Assembly: GCA_964291215.2 (NCBI GenBank)
Contig: OZ219791.1
Location: 3,456,001-3,520,000, forward strand
DNA from: Alphaproteobacteria bacterium
Lineage (GTDB): Bacteria > Pseudomonadota > Alphaproteobacteria > MPNO01 > UBA830
DNA length: 64,000 nt
Reading direction: 5' to 3'
This document shows positions 50,142 through 60,869 of the stretch, one piece after another. The notes beneath the pieces are model-generated. The model saw only the letters and a list, made by a program, of their open reading frames with translations, had not been told where the DNA came from and did no database searches. How positions within the stretch are numbered: the first letter of the stretch is position 1; each line of letters starts with the position of its first letter. Made by a program: the position numbers and the translations under genes.

Positions 50142-51661
50142 CGTCGCGAGAGTTATCAGCCCTGCGCTGCCTCACCGGCGGTACGGTGGCGACGTTCGAT
50201 ACCCGGGGGACTGTGTTTGATCCGGGTGAGGTCTGGTTCCGTGACGGCACGATCGTCGCTGTCGGTGCGCTTGGCTCCTGGACGCCCGCGGACGGCGAGC
50301 CGGCAGAGACAATCGACGTGAGCGGTTGCATCATCATCCCGGGGTTCATCAACGCTCACAGCCACTCTTACTCCGCGATCCTCAAGGGAACGGTGGAGAA
50401 GGGGCCGCTCGACATCTATATGTTGGACGTCATTGCGGCGGGCAACGCCATGACGCCGCGCGAATGTCATGTCAGCGCCCAACTCGATGCCCTCAACATG
50501 CTGCGTCGAGGCGCGACCTCGGTCATTGACCACTACTCCGAGCGGCCCGCCCTGACCGCCGAGGGGCTCGACGGCGCCTGCAGCGGCTTCGCCGAGATCG
50601 GGATTCGCGCCACCGTCGCACCGATGTTCTCGGACCGGCCCTACATCGAGACCGTGCCACTTGGCGAAGGGGCGCTGCCCGACGAGCTGCGCCGGTGGTA
50701 TGAGGAACAGCCGCGGCCGGACCCGGCGCGGTATTTCGCGATCATGGAAGATGCTCTGGCCGACCGCGGCTCAGCCGCCGCCCGGGTCCATGTCATGCTC
50801 GGTGTCGACGGTGTGCAGCGTTGTTCGGAACAGTTGATCCGGATGACAGGCGAGTTCCAGCAGAGGCACGGCGCCGGGATCCAGACCCACATGCTTGAAA
50901 GCAAGACCCAGGCGGCGATGCGTCTGCCCGGCGGCCCGGGTTTCGTGCGTCTTCTCGCGGATCACGGGATCATCAACGACAGGTCGTCACTGGTGCATTT
51001 CATTTGGACCGACGGCGACGATATCGCTGCGGCGCGTGAAGCGGGGGTCACGGTCGTCCACTGCCCGCAGTCAAACGCGATGCTCGGTGCCGGAATCTGT
51101 CCGGTGATCCGGTTGGCGGACGAGGGCATCCCGGTTGCTTTCGGTACCGACGGCAGCAATTGCGGGCCCGCGAGCTATATCGAGAATCTGAGGATTGGCG
51201 CCTATCTCGCCCGCCTGACGGAACCGGATTTCGAGAGGTGGCCGGATGCCGCCGGTCTGCTCCGCAGCGCAGGCAGCGCTGGCGCACGGGCTATGGGTCG
51301 ACCCGGCAAACTTGGCGTGATCGATTCTGGTGCCTCTGCCGACCTTGTGGTTCTGAACCCGTTGGGGCACTGGCACGAGCCGATGGGTGACGTTCACCGC
51401 CATCTCTTGTACTACGAAAGCGGCGAATCTGTCGAGAGCGTCTGGGTGGACGGCCGGCAGGTGGTTGCCGACGGGCGCATTGTCACAATCGATGAGGACG
51501 CGCTGATTTCGGAAGCCGTCGAGATCGCAGCACGGCGCAGGACGGCAATGCCGGAAGGGGCGAGAGAACGGATTGCAGCCCAGTATCCGGCGTTCCGGGA
51601 AATGATCCTCGATCAGTTCACGTCGGAAACCGGCATTGAGCGGAGAATCAGGCTCGTCTAG
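50138..51661 (+). CDS. SsnA/AtzA-like metal-dependent amidohydrolase (deaminase type)
   Basis: PGFINAHSH, THMLES (HxxE), VH, HCPQSN, GTDG. Confidence 0.9.
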   Translation: MTSRELSALRCLTGGTVATFDTRGTVFDPGEVWFRDGTIVAVGALGSWTPADGEPAETIDVSGCIIIPGFINAHSHSYSAILKGTVEKGPLDIYMLDVIAAGNAMTPRECHVSAQLDALNMLRRGATSVIDHYSERPALTAEGLDGACSGFAEIGIRATVAPMFSDRPYIETVPLGEGALPDELRRWYEEQPRPDPARYFAIMEDALADRGSAAARVHVMLGVDGVQRCSEQLIRMTGEFQQRHGAGIQTHMLESKTQAAMRLPGGPGFVRLLADHGIINDRSSLVHFIWTDGDDIAAAREAGVTVVHCPQSNAMLGAGICPVIRLADEGIPVAFGTDGSNCGPASYIENLRIGAYLARLTEPDFERWPDAAGLLRSAGSAGARAMGRPGKLGVIDSGASADLVVLNPLGHWHEPMGDVHRHLLYYESGESVESVWVDGRQVVADGRIVTIDEDALISEAVEIAARRRTAMPEGARERIAAQYPAFREMILDQFTSETGIERRIRLV

Positions 51662-51662
51662 G

Positions 51663-53700
51663 CCTACCCATGCCCCACAAGTAGTTTGAGTGTAATGCGG
51701 GTGTCGGTTTTTTCAAGTTTCCTGCCCCATCATCAGTTCGTGTCCGACGCACCATTCGACGAGGGTGGCGTAGCGTCGCCAGATCACCTTTGTTCGCGGG
51801 GATGGTCCCCTGCTGCGATGGATATGCCCGCCGATGCGGGCCATTGTCAGCACGGTGGCGGCGTGTGTCGGGAGAGGCGTAACGCTGTCGCGCTGCGAAG
51901 ACTTTGAGCGCCTTGATCTCGAGTTCAGAGAACGGGATGTCGGTTGACGGGCCAGGGTGATCGCGGCCGAGCAGTTTTCGAGCTCCTCGATCTTGCAGCC
52001 CGACTTCAGGATCCGGTGCCGGTCCTTGATTCGCCAGCGCCGGGCGTAGTACTCGACCACTGTCCTGCACCCTTCCAGTATGTCGGCAAGTAGGGTGGTG
52101 AAAAGCAGCCAGCGGATCGGGCTGAATCCGCGGGCGTCCCCTCCTCGACCATGACCGCCTGCAGCCGGGTCAATGGCTTGCCTCGATGGCTGGAGCTCGT
52201 GAGTGCGAGTTCCACCGTCTCGCGCCGTGCGCTGGACCTTTGCTGGCGGACGCATCGACAGCAGCTATCTTGCGGTCTGTCTTGCCGCGCACCAGGGTGT
52301 CGGCGCCCGGGTGCGCCTGTTGCATCTCGAAGATCTCGAACGCGTCTGCTTCGCGGTCCGTCACGCAGACCGTCTGGCTGTCCGGGAGAGCGCGGCCCAG
52401 GTCGGCGCACGTGCGGTAGCTTTCGGTCCAGCGCCCGGTCTTGTGGTCCTCGGAGGGTCTTCTACCGATCCTTTCCAGGCGGCGCGTCGAAGCGGGCCCC
52501 GACAACCCCCAGCGGCAGGCCGCTTGAGGTCACCGCCAGTGTCGAATGCAGGTGCAGGTCCCGCACGGCGGCGCCGGTCTGGTTGACGCCGATGACCCCG
52601 AGCCTCTCGCATTGTTGTCGGTTGGATAAAACGGCGGGATTTCGGCGATTCGCCGCGCTTTTCAGGATCGTGTTTCTTCTCTGTTGTCGTTTCGGTCCGG
52701 TTCCTGTTTTTCTGCCGGCATGTGATCCGGGTTCCTGAGGGTTGTCGGGAGGGTTCTGGTGTTTCGGGGGATCGTCTGCCTTCCCTGTCGCCCGGGTCCT
52801 GTTGTCCGGGCCCGGGGCGCCCTCGCGACGCCAGCACCAACAGATCAGCCTCGCCGCAAGGAGCCTTCCCAACGTCAGGACCATCGTCCTCGCGCAGGAC
52901 CACGACGAGGCCGGAGAACGTCAGGCCGAAACCCTGCGCACAAGGCTGAAGGTCCCCCTCGCGTCACGCTCCACAGACGCCGACCGCCAGAAAACGCCGA
53001 CTGGAACGACATCATCAACACCAGGACCCGACAACAGGCAGAAAACGAAGACCGTGCGGCCTCTCGTCAACGCCGCATGTCCTCGTACCTGTGTTCGCCT
53101 AATCCACACAGCCAACCGCTCAAAAGCGCGGTTCTCCGCTGAAATCCCGCCGTTCTGAATCGCCGCCGACAAACATCCCGGACGCGATGCAAAGATCAGG
53201 TCGGTTCCGTCCTGGAGGCACAGCACCACCGGCTCGAACCGCGTGCGCTCCAGCGTGCGGGCACGGTGCGGCGCCAGGATGGCCGCCGGCGTCAGCGCCG
53301 TCCTGGTCGATGAACCGGTAGTAGCCCTTGATCCCGGCCCGGTTGCCGCTCGCGGCCTGCGGAAAGGACACCGTCGGTCGTGCTCCCTGCGCAATCGCCA
53401 CCGGACGGGCGCTCGGGCGGGCATCGCCGAGCGCTGCGCCGCCAAACTCCGCCTCGGCCCGGCGAGCCCGTCTGCCGGGTCGAGCGTGATGGTGTTCGCC
53501 AGCGACGGTGAGATACTTGGGCGGGTACGCCAGTCCTCCACCAGTTGATCGATATAGACTGTCTTGCGCCCGGCCGCCACATCGTGGCCGCAGTCCTGCC
53601 GGACCTGACCGCTCCAGGGCCCGCAGGCCGACAGGCAGGTGGAGACCTGAGGCTGCCCCCGGCCATTCTGGAAACCGAAATCGGCGCCAGACGTTCGACA
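51663..53700 (-). mobile_element. Decayed IS4-family (IS50-like) transposase, interrupted by a 563-bp insert
   Basis: EFGGAALGDAR, LQDGTDL, LHLHSTLAV, DREADAFE, WLLFTTL, YYARRWRI..HRILKSGCKIE. Confidence 0.85.
52613..53175. mobile_element. TGT...ACA-ended non-autonomous element carrying a toprim fragment
   Basis: About 50-bp imperfect IRs sharing AACGGCGGGATTTC and CCGCGCTTTT; removing it (plus one T) restores RPGC-ERL in the host transposase; inner IVLAQDHDEAG and DWND. Confidence 0.75.
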
Positions 53701-53948
53701 AGCGATGCAAAATGTCGCCCGCATCTACGACTCCGGTGATATGATGCACCGACTCGGGCGGTGCAAGCTGGCGCCGGATCTCGTGTTGAACGTCCATGGC
53801 CGGCACCGTAGCGCCGCCGAAATCAAATGTTCAGCGTTGGGGCATGGGGAATATCTCGCGAATCGGTGCGCGGGCCCTGGCTCTAGGCGCCATTGCGGTG
53901 GCGGCCAGCGCTGCTGCCGCCGCGTTCCGTCGCGCGGGATGAGAAGTG

Positions 53949-54975
53949 ATGTCTATTTTGATTCCGGATGCCGTGTTCCCGGACGGGCACGACGAGGAGC
54001 GGCAGCTTGCGGCGCCCTATGATCTTGTCGTTTGCCGCGAAACAGATCCCGAGGCGATAGCGCCGGAAATCTGGGCTGGCGCGCGCGCGGTCGTCGGCTA
54101 TCACCGTATGAAGTTCGATGCCGCCGTGGCGGAGAAGGCATGCTCTGCCGGGATCCTGGTGCGGGCAGGTACCGGCCACGACAATGTCGATCTCGGGGCC
54201 TGGGCGTCGCGCGGCAAGATCGTCTGCCGCCTGCCCGGTTACGGCGCCGGCGAAGTGGCCGATCATGCCATTGGCATGGTGCTCGCCCTCGTGCGCGGTT
54301 TTCTTCATCATGGGCGACCAGGATCCCGGGATGGTGCCGGGATCCTGGTCGCCCTTGCCGATGCCGCCGATTGTACGCCGTCTTGCCGGGACGAGGATCC
54401 TGCTTGTCGGTCTCGGGGCTGTTGGATCCCGGGTTGTGCCGCGGGCGCGGGCGCTGGAGCTTGATGTCGCCTTCTTCAGCCCGTCTGCGAAACCCGGAAT
54501 CGACAAGGCTCTGGGCGCCGCTCGCGAAAACGATCTCGATACCGCGCTGACGCGTGCCGAGCTTTTAAGTCTGCACTGTCCACTCACGCCGCAGACTCGC
54601 GGCATGATTAATGAGCGAACGCTGGCGCTCCTTCCACACGGGGCACTGTTGATCAATACCGCGCGCGGCGCGCTCATGGATCTTGCTGCTGTCGAGCGGG
54701 CCTTGCGAAGCGGACATCTCGGGGGAGTCGGCATCGATGTCTATCCGGACGAACCTCCCGGACCCGACACACCGCTTCTCCGGTCGTTGCGGTCCGGGGA
54801 CCGCAAACTTGCAGGAAAGGTCGTCGCCACGCCCCACAGCGCGTGGTCGAGCCCGGCGGCCATGCGCGCGATGCGGCTCGGCGCAATCGAAATCGCCAAG
54901 GAATTCCTTGAAACGGGTATGGTGCAGCACGCCGTCGCCGCTCCGGATCCGGACAGCCTGTCCAGCCGGACCTGA
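53949..54975 (+). pseudogene. D-2-hydroxyacid dehydrogenase (CtBP-like), frameshifted near 54310
   Basis: RAGTGHDNVD and EVADHA in one frame; GLGAVG, SLHCPLT, INTARG, DVYPDEP, TPHSAW in another. Confidence 0.88.
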
Positions 54976-55029
54976 TTCGGGTGCCGATCGGGCGCGCTGC
55001 GCTGTCCCGGCAGTTCCGCGGCCGCAACA

Positions 55030-55383
55030 GCTCACCGCGTTTCGGAAACTGTCGGCAGATGAAAGTTGCTGGCTGCGGAAATCGCGACGATTGACGGCAT
55101 AGACGTAGTGATGATCGGAACAAATGACTTCGCCGCATCCATCGGCGTTCCGGGCGATGTTGGCGGCCGGCGGATGGTCGAGGTCTACCGGAACGTCAGT
55201 GCCGCGTGCCGAAGCCATGGTGAATGGCTGGGAATGGACGGCGCGGGAAATGCCGACCTGGTGGAACGCTATGTCGAGGTGGGGGTTCGCTTCATTCTCC
55301 CCGGCAACGACATCGACTTTCTCATTTGGGGGTTGCGGCAGAGAACTGCCCAACTGCGTAGCATTTCCCTTCCTGCCGAGTGA
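55030..55383 (+). pseudogene. HpcH/HpaI aldolase C-terminal remnant
   Basis: EIATIDGIDVVMIGTNDFAASIGVPG; N-terminal half missing. Confidence 0.75.
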
Positions 55384-55649
55384 CGCTGCGCGGACATGAT
55401 CGCATGCGGTGGCTCCGATCTTCCGCTGGCAGGAGCGGGTTTCCGCCGTGCCCGTCCGCTTGATCACGCGGCGCGGCGATTCGTGTTATGAATTCGCCAT
55501 GTTGCGTGGAACCGCAGAATCTTGGCATTCCTGTCGACCGGATGGTCGCCGAAGCCCGGTCAGGCACAGTGTGCGAAAGAAACGGGGGAGGTGGATGGTG
55601 GGCCTGTCTGTAGGGCCGCTGCGCCGCAACCCCGCGGGTTCGAAGCCTG

Positions 55650-57590
55650 ATGGACCGGCTGTATCGGCGATTGCGAACTCTCGAAGCAGGAGAATCCGTG
55701 GAACCGTCGGAAGTTTCGCCTGAACCGTTGCAGGAAGGATGTCCACACGGGCCCGGCCCGGGCGAAAATTCGCCGAACGCGGCGCACCGGGTGCTGCGGG
55801 AGGTCTTCGGGTTCGAGGGATTCAGGCCGGGGCAAGAAGCCGTGATTGAAGCGCTCCTGTGCGGGCGCCACGCCCTTACCGTGATGCCGACAGGGTCGGG
55901 CAAGTCGCTCTGCTTCCAGATTCCGGCCCTGGTCATGGAGGGGCTTACGGTAGTGATTTCACCCCTAATCGCTCTCATGCAGGATCAGGTCTCCGCGCTC
56001 AGGCTGGCAGGTGTCGCCGCTGACGCCATCAACTCCGGCAACGGCCGGGCGGAAAACGTTGCCGCCTGGCGCCGCGTCGCGGCGGGTGAAACGCGGATTC
56101 TCTACATGGCTCCGGAACGGCTGATGACCGAACGCATGCTGGCGGCGCTTGCCCGCCTGCCGGTCAGGCTTTTTGCCATCGATGAGGCCCATTGTATCTC
56201 GCAATGGGGTCCTGCCTTCCGGCCGGAATACGAGGATCTTTGCCGCTTGCGGGAGCTGTTCTCCGACGTTCCGATCGCTGCGCTTACGGCGACCGCTGAC
56301 GAAATCACGCGTATCGATATTGCTGACAAGTTGTTTGACGGCCGCGTCGAGCAGTTCGTGCTCGGCTTCGACCGCCCCAACATCAGGCTTGTAGTGGAGA
56401 TGAAGCAAGACTGGAAACACCAGCTCCAGAGCTTCGTCAGCAGCCACGAGGGCGAAAGCGGCATCGTCTACTGCCTGTCGCGCAGGAAGACGGAGGAGAC
56501 CGCCGCGATGCTGGCGGCAAATGGAGTCCGCGCGCTTCCCTATCACGCAGGCATGGAGAAGGAGGATCGGGACGCCCATCAGAACATTTTCATCACGGAG
56601 CCCGGGGTGGTCATCGTCGCCACCATCGCGTTTGGCATGGGGATCCACAAGGCGGACGTGCGCTATGTCTTCCACAGCGACTTGCCGGGCAGTGTCGAGG
56701 CCTACTACCAGGAAATTGGCCGTGCGGGCCGCGACGGTGCGCCGGCCGAGGCGCACATGGTCTACGGCCTTGAGGACATCAGGATGCGGCGGCAGTTCAT
56801 CGAAGACGAGGAGGCGGGACCGGAGCGCCGCCGCCGTGAGCACAAGCGGCTCGATGCGCTGCTCGGCTACTGCGAGGCGCCGGCTTGCCGGCGGGTGGCG
56901 CTATTGGACTATTTCGGGGAAGCGATCGGGTTTTGCGGCAACTGCGACATCTGCCTCGACCCGTCGGAACGCGTCGACGGAACCGAGGACGCGAAGAAGA
57001 TCCTGTCGGCCGCATACCGGTCGGGCCAGCGTTTCGGCGCGGCGCATCTGATCGACATCCTTAGGGGGACGGAGACCGACAAGATTGCGCGCTTTGGCCA
57101 TGACCGGATACCAACCTTCGGGGTGGGCGCAGAGCGGGGCAAGAACGAGTGGCGCTCGTTGATCCGGCAGATGGTGGCGGCGAGATTCCTGAAGATTGAT
57201 ATCGGCGGTTATGGCGGCATCGGGATTACCGACAAGGGCCTTGGCCTGTTGCGTGGCGACGGCGCGTTCCTCTACCGCAAGGTCGCCGTCGTCAAGCGCA
57301 CTCCGGCGAAGGCGCGGGAGCGCGCTGCGGCTGAGCTATCGATGGCTGGCGCGGACGCGGCGATGCTGGACGCGCTCAAGGCGCTTCGCCTGGAGTTGGC
57401 GCGGGAGCGCGGAGTACCAGCTTATGCCGTGTTCCCCGACCGCGCGCTGATCGACATGGTGCGGCGGCGCCCACGCACCAAGGCGGAGTTCGCCGAGGTC
57501 AACGGCGTCGGCGAGGCCAAGCTGAATAAGTTCGCCGGGCCGTTCCTGGCTGCTATCGCCGTCGCGCTCGGGGACGAAGGTAAAACCTGA
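55650..57590 (+). CDS. recQ: ATP-dependent DNA helicase RecQ
   Basis: MPTGSGKSLCFQ, DEAHCISQWG, QEIGRAGRDG, Zn-binding CRR..CGNCDIC, RQC and HRDC; start codon uncertain. Confidence 0.96.
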   Translation: MDRLYRRLRTLEAGESVEPSEVSPEPLQEGCPHGPGPGENSPNAAHRVLREVFGFEGFRPGQEAVIEALLCGRHALTVMPTGSGKSLCFQIPALVMEGLTVVISPLIALMQDQVSALRLAGVAADAINSGNGRAENVAAWRRVAAGETRILYMAPERLMTERMLAALARLPVRLFAIDEAHCISQWGPAFRPEYEDLCRLRELFSDVPIAALTATADEITRIDIADKLFDGRVEQFVLGFDRPNIRLVVEMKQDWKHQLQSFVSSHEGESGIVYCLSRRKTEETAAMLAANGVRALPYHAGMEKEDRDAHQNIFITEPGVVIVATIAFGMGIHKADVRYVFHSDLPGSVEAYYQEIGRAGRDGAPAEAHMVYGLEDIRMRRQFIEDEEAGPERRRREHKRLDALLGYCEAPACRRVALLDYFGEAIGFCGNCDICLDPSERVDGTEDAKKILSAAYRSGQRFGAAHLIDILRGTETDKIARFGHDRIPTFGVGAERGKNEWRSLIRQMVAARFLKIDIGGYGGIGITDKGLGLLRGDGAFLYRKVAVVKRTPAKARERAAAELSMAGADAAMLDALKALRLELARERGVPAYAVFPDRALIDMVRRRPRTKAEFAEVNGVGEAKLNKFAGPFLAAIAVALGDEGKT

Positions 57591-57673
57591 CGCGTGAGTC
57601 CCCGCCATGCTCCGTCAGGCATCAACCGGAAAACCCTTGACCGCCGGCCATGGGAAGGGGTCATGCTGCGGGT

Positions 57674-57800
57674 ATGAAGACAGCCGTATCCATCCCCGAT
57701 GACATTTTCGAACGCGCCGAACGACCGGCCGCGCAGGGACGACGGTTCCGAAGCGAAATCTGCAGGGCAGCGCTCGGCGAAGCGCACCCTGCGGCCTCTC
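57674..57800 (+). pseudogene. Ribbon-helix-helix antitoxin remnant, no partner toxin
   Basis: MKTAVSIPDDIFERAER..RSE; runs into the convergent SDR gene. Confidence 0.65.
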
Positions 57801-58642
57801 ATGCCCCCGCGCTGGTGGCCGTCAGGCCTCCGTCGACCACGAGGCACTGGCCGGTGATGTAGGCGGCATCGTCGCTGGCGAGGAAGATCGCCGCTTTGGC
57901 CACGTCCCAGGCATCGCCCATTTGGCCCATCGGGACGGTCGCCGCGCGGGCGGCGTGGTACTCCTCCGGCGTCGCGTAGCCTTTGCGGATATGGTTGGGA
58001 ACGCCGTCCTTCTCGCGGAGGATGAAGGGTGTCTTTATCAGCCCCGGTGCGACGCAGTTGGCGCGGATGTTCTTCGCCGCGTACTGGATGGCGATGTTCC
58101 TGGTGAGCTGGTCGAGTGCGCCCTTGGCCGCCGAATAGGAGGTCGAAGGCACGCCGATATGGTTAAGTCCGACAATGGAGGAGATATTGACGATCGCGCC
58201 TCCGTCCTGCGCTTCCATGTGCGGGATCGCCGCCTTCATGGCAAGGAAAGCGCCGATCACGTTGCGCGCAAGCGCGTCGTTCCAGTCGTCCAGCGCCACG
58301 TCTATCAGCGCAGCGCCGGGGCCCGAGCCGCCGACATTGTTGTGCAGAATGTCGAGCCGCCCGAACGCGTCGACACAGGCTCCGACCGTTGCGGCGATGT
58401 CCCCTTCGTCGGTCACGTCCGCCCGGTGTGCAACGGCGCTGCCATCTTCGCGGGAAATTATGTCGCGGGTTTCCTCGGCCGCCTCAAGGCGATAGTCGAC
58501 GCAGAGCACCTTCGCGCCCTCCCGGGCATAGAGTACAGCGGCAGCCTTGCCGTTGCCCCCAGCCCGGCCCAATCGAGCCCGCGCCGGTGACCAGCACCGC
58601 CTTTCCGGCGACGCGCCCGGCCAGCATCGCTTCCGTCGTCAT
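57799..58642 (-). pseudogene. SDR oxidoreductase with +1 frameshift in a G5 run near 58558
   Basis: VTGAGSIGPGWG | GNGKAAAVLYAREGA, NNVG, YSAAK, YITGQCLVVDGG. Confidence 0.88.
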
Positions 58643-58783
58643 ACGGCGGCGAACTCGGGAAGCAACGGCGAGTCGGCGTCGTAATGCACCCCGTTGCGGC
58701 GTGTGAAGCGGCACCCTTCGAGATGGGAATTATATACCAAAGTCCCACTTTCGCTTGACCGTTTCCGCACCATAGCCTAGAAC

Positions 58784-58819
58784 GCCAACGCCCCGGTGCT
58801 TGGAACACCGGGGCGTTGT
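58784..58819. other. GC-rich hairpin
   Basis: CAACGCCCCGGTG-loop-CACCGGGGCGTTG, 13-bp perfect stem. Confidence 0.7.
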
Positions 58820-58904
58820 TGAACCTGCGAGCCGAGGCCGGCCGTGCCCCGTCTGCCGCTCCATGTAGCGCCAGCCGGTTGCGCCGTCAACGGGCCGCCA
58901 AGGC

Positions 58905-59189
58905 ATGGAGGAAGCGCATGACGGAGATCAGATCAGGGCATTCACCGTGTGCATTGCCGTAGCGTTGCGTAGGGCTGAAGCTCGTCCGGCAGAGGACGCA
59001 TTCTCTGCCGAGACTGTCCTTGATGAGGCCGGGTATATCTTGGAACTGATATGCGCCGCTCGGCCGCCATTCTCAACTGAGGAAAAGCAGTCTCAAGCTC
59101 TTCGAGCGCTTCACCAGTTGCTTTCGACATCAATTCACGGACGCGCGCACCTGCTTGTCGATCTGGAATCTCTGTATCCGAAGCAGTGA
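58905..59189 (+). CDS. Hypothetical protein
   Basis: 94-aa ORF, no recognised motif. Confidence 0.35.
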   Translation: MEEAHDGDQIRAFTVCIAVALRRAEARPAEDAFSAETVLDEAGYILELICAARPPFSTEEKQSQALRALHQLLSTSIHGRAHLLVDLESLYPKQ

Positions 59190-59298
59190 TGTTGCTTGCC
59201 ATGGCGGAAGCTCCCGGTTAGGTTGGTCGAACCTCCCGGACGTTCCTAAGTCCAGTAGCGCCCCGCGTCGGTCCCCCAACCTGCGGGGCGTTGCGCTT

Positions 59299-59472
59299 TC
59301 AGGCTTCCGGGTCTTCTACCACCTTCACGGGGCGCATGAGCGTCCGCACCGCCTCGCCGACCTTGTATTCGGTCCCGTCGGCCTTGCGCGGCGGCGTGAA
59401 CACTTCCTCGATTTCCGCCTTCGTCGGCTGGTAGCGGTTAGACTTCAATCGAACCTCTTGGCGCGCCGTCAT
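59299..59472 (-). CDS. Small hypothetical protein, 57 aa (not in the ORF track)
   Basis: MTARQEVRLKSNRYQPTKAEIEEVF..LMRPVKVVEDPEA; AAGGA RBS; hairpin just downstream. Confidence 0.65.
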   Translation of the reverse strand: MTARQEVRLKSNRYQPTKAEIEEVFTPPRKADGTEYKVGEAVRTLMRPVKVVEDPEA

Positions 59473-59759
59473 ATTCCTTGCCTCACCGCTCGCGGGATCA
59501 GGCTGGCAGCCTGCCCGTTTTTGGCCGGTGATGCAAGGGATAGGAACAGAAAAAACCCCCTGCTATCGTATCCCCGTCAACACTGTGCGCGCCCGCTCTG
59601 TCGGGTCGCCCACCGAATAGAACAGCCTGAACCCGGCAGCGGGCCGATCACCCGCCGCCTGGCGAATAGGTGGGACTCTCACTTCGTGTGCAGTGTTGAC
59701 AACGGCCCGACGCCAGCCGGTGGCGCCGGGAACCAGTGCGATAGCGGAGGGAGGGCGGA

Positions 59760-60182
59760 ATGTTCGATTTCAAGCGAGCATCGAAACAGGAGCTTGAGCA
59801 GAAATTCAAGGAGATCGCCAGAGAGTCCGGCGATGATAGGTTCGGGACCAAAAAGGAGTTGAAGCATCTGCCGCAGCTCCTGACGGACGATGAGCAGGTG
59901 CTTGGCTTCGCATCAGGCATCTTGGACGGGAACACATGGCTGATCGCCCTGACGGATCGTCGGGTGCTCTTCCTCGACAAGGGAATGCTGTGGGGCCTCA
60001 AGGAGTCCTCGATACCCCTCGACAGGGTCAACGGCGTCTCCGGGGAGACTGGCCTCATCTTCGGCAAGATCATCATCAACGATGGCTTCGCTGCACGGCA
60101 GATCAAGAACGTGCCGAAGGGCGCAGTGCGGCCGTTCATCAATCGGCTTCAGCTTGAGATAGACGCCCAGCGCAGGGCATAG
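59760..60182 (+). CDS. Bacterial PH-domain (bPH_3-like) protein
   Basis: KKELKHLPQLL..DEQV, WLIALTDRRVLFLDKG, SIPLDRV..TGLIFGKI; strong RBS. Confidence 0.8.
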   Translation: MFDFKRASKQELEQKFKEIARESGDDRFGTKKELKHLPQLLTDDEQVLGFASGILDGNTWLIALTDRRVLFLDKGMLWGLKESSIPLDRVNGVSGETGLIFGKIIINDGFAARQIKNVPKGAVRPFINRLQLEIDAQRRA

Positions 60183-60189
60183 GCACCGG

Positions 60190-60606
60190 TCAGCGGTCGA
60201 ACAGAAACTCGCCGAGAATACGCTCGCTGATCTGCCAGAGCGGATATGTCGCTTCGTCGATTTGCAGGTCGCATTCCTGCCGTTCGGGGTTCCATTGCGG
60301 AACGATCGTCAAATGCAGCTTCCCCGAGCGGCAGGCGGTAATGGCTTCATCCGACCGCCGGACGACGACCACATCCTTGCCGTCGTCGGCATCCACTTCG
60401 TGTGTGCCACGATAGTCCTTCACCAACTCGATGCGGCGGACGACCAGTTCGCCGTCCGCAAACGCAGCCCGAAACTCATGGCTGCCTCTCTTGTGCGCCG
60501 GGAGCCGGTTGAACTCGGCTACATCGTCCTTCACCCGCTTGATGATGGAGTTGAGGCAATCGTCAACGGAGCAGTTCGCCCGTGCCGTCACCCACCCGGC
60601 TCTCAT
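60190..60606 (-). CDS. Hypothetical protein coupled to the IS1595 transposase stop
   Basis: ATGA overlap; WVTARANCS..WQISERILGEFLF. Confidence 0.7.
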   Translation of the reverse strand: MRAGWVTARANCSVDDCLNSIIKRVKDDVAEFNRLPAHKRGSHEFRAAFADGELVVRRIELVKDYRGTHEVDADDGKDVVVVRRSDEAITACRSGKLHLTIVPQWNPERQECDLQIDEATYPLWQISERILGEFLFDR

Positions 60607-60869
60607 GCGACTGGCCTTGCGCCGGACGGCAGGCCCTTGTCTGCGATGAGGTCCTGATACCGCAGCCGCTTGCCTCTCATGCCGGCGGCGGTGCGCCCCA
60701 TCATGTCCTCGGTGTCCAGGGGCCGGATGTTGTGCCGGCCCGCCGCCTCGGCAACATAGAGGTCGAGATGCTTCTCGCTGAACTTGTGGAAGGTCCCGAC
60801 AAAGCTGCGCTTGAGGCCTGCCCAGAAGCTCTCCATGCCATTCGTTGAGGCCATGCCCCGCACGAACTC
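60603..60869 (-). pseudogene. IS1595-family transposase C-terminal fragment
   Basis: EFVRGMASTNGMESFWAGLKR..GTFHKFSEKHLDLY..GKRLRY. Confidence 0.9.

Larger units (their letters stand above)
58726..60869 (-). mobile_element. IS1595-family element with passenger genes, cut at the transposase by IS256
   Basis: Transposase tail at 60603-60869; self-complementary GGGAATTATATACCAAAGTCCC at 58726-58747 as candidate end; small ORFs in between. Confidence 0.6.

Noticed and set aside
53705-53890. Short ORF between the IS4 remnant and the dehydrogenase pseudogene
   Set aside because: No recognisable motif or RBS; cannot be supported as a gene.
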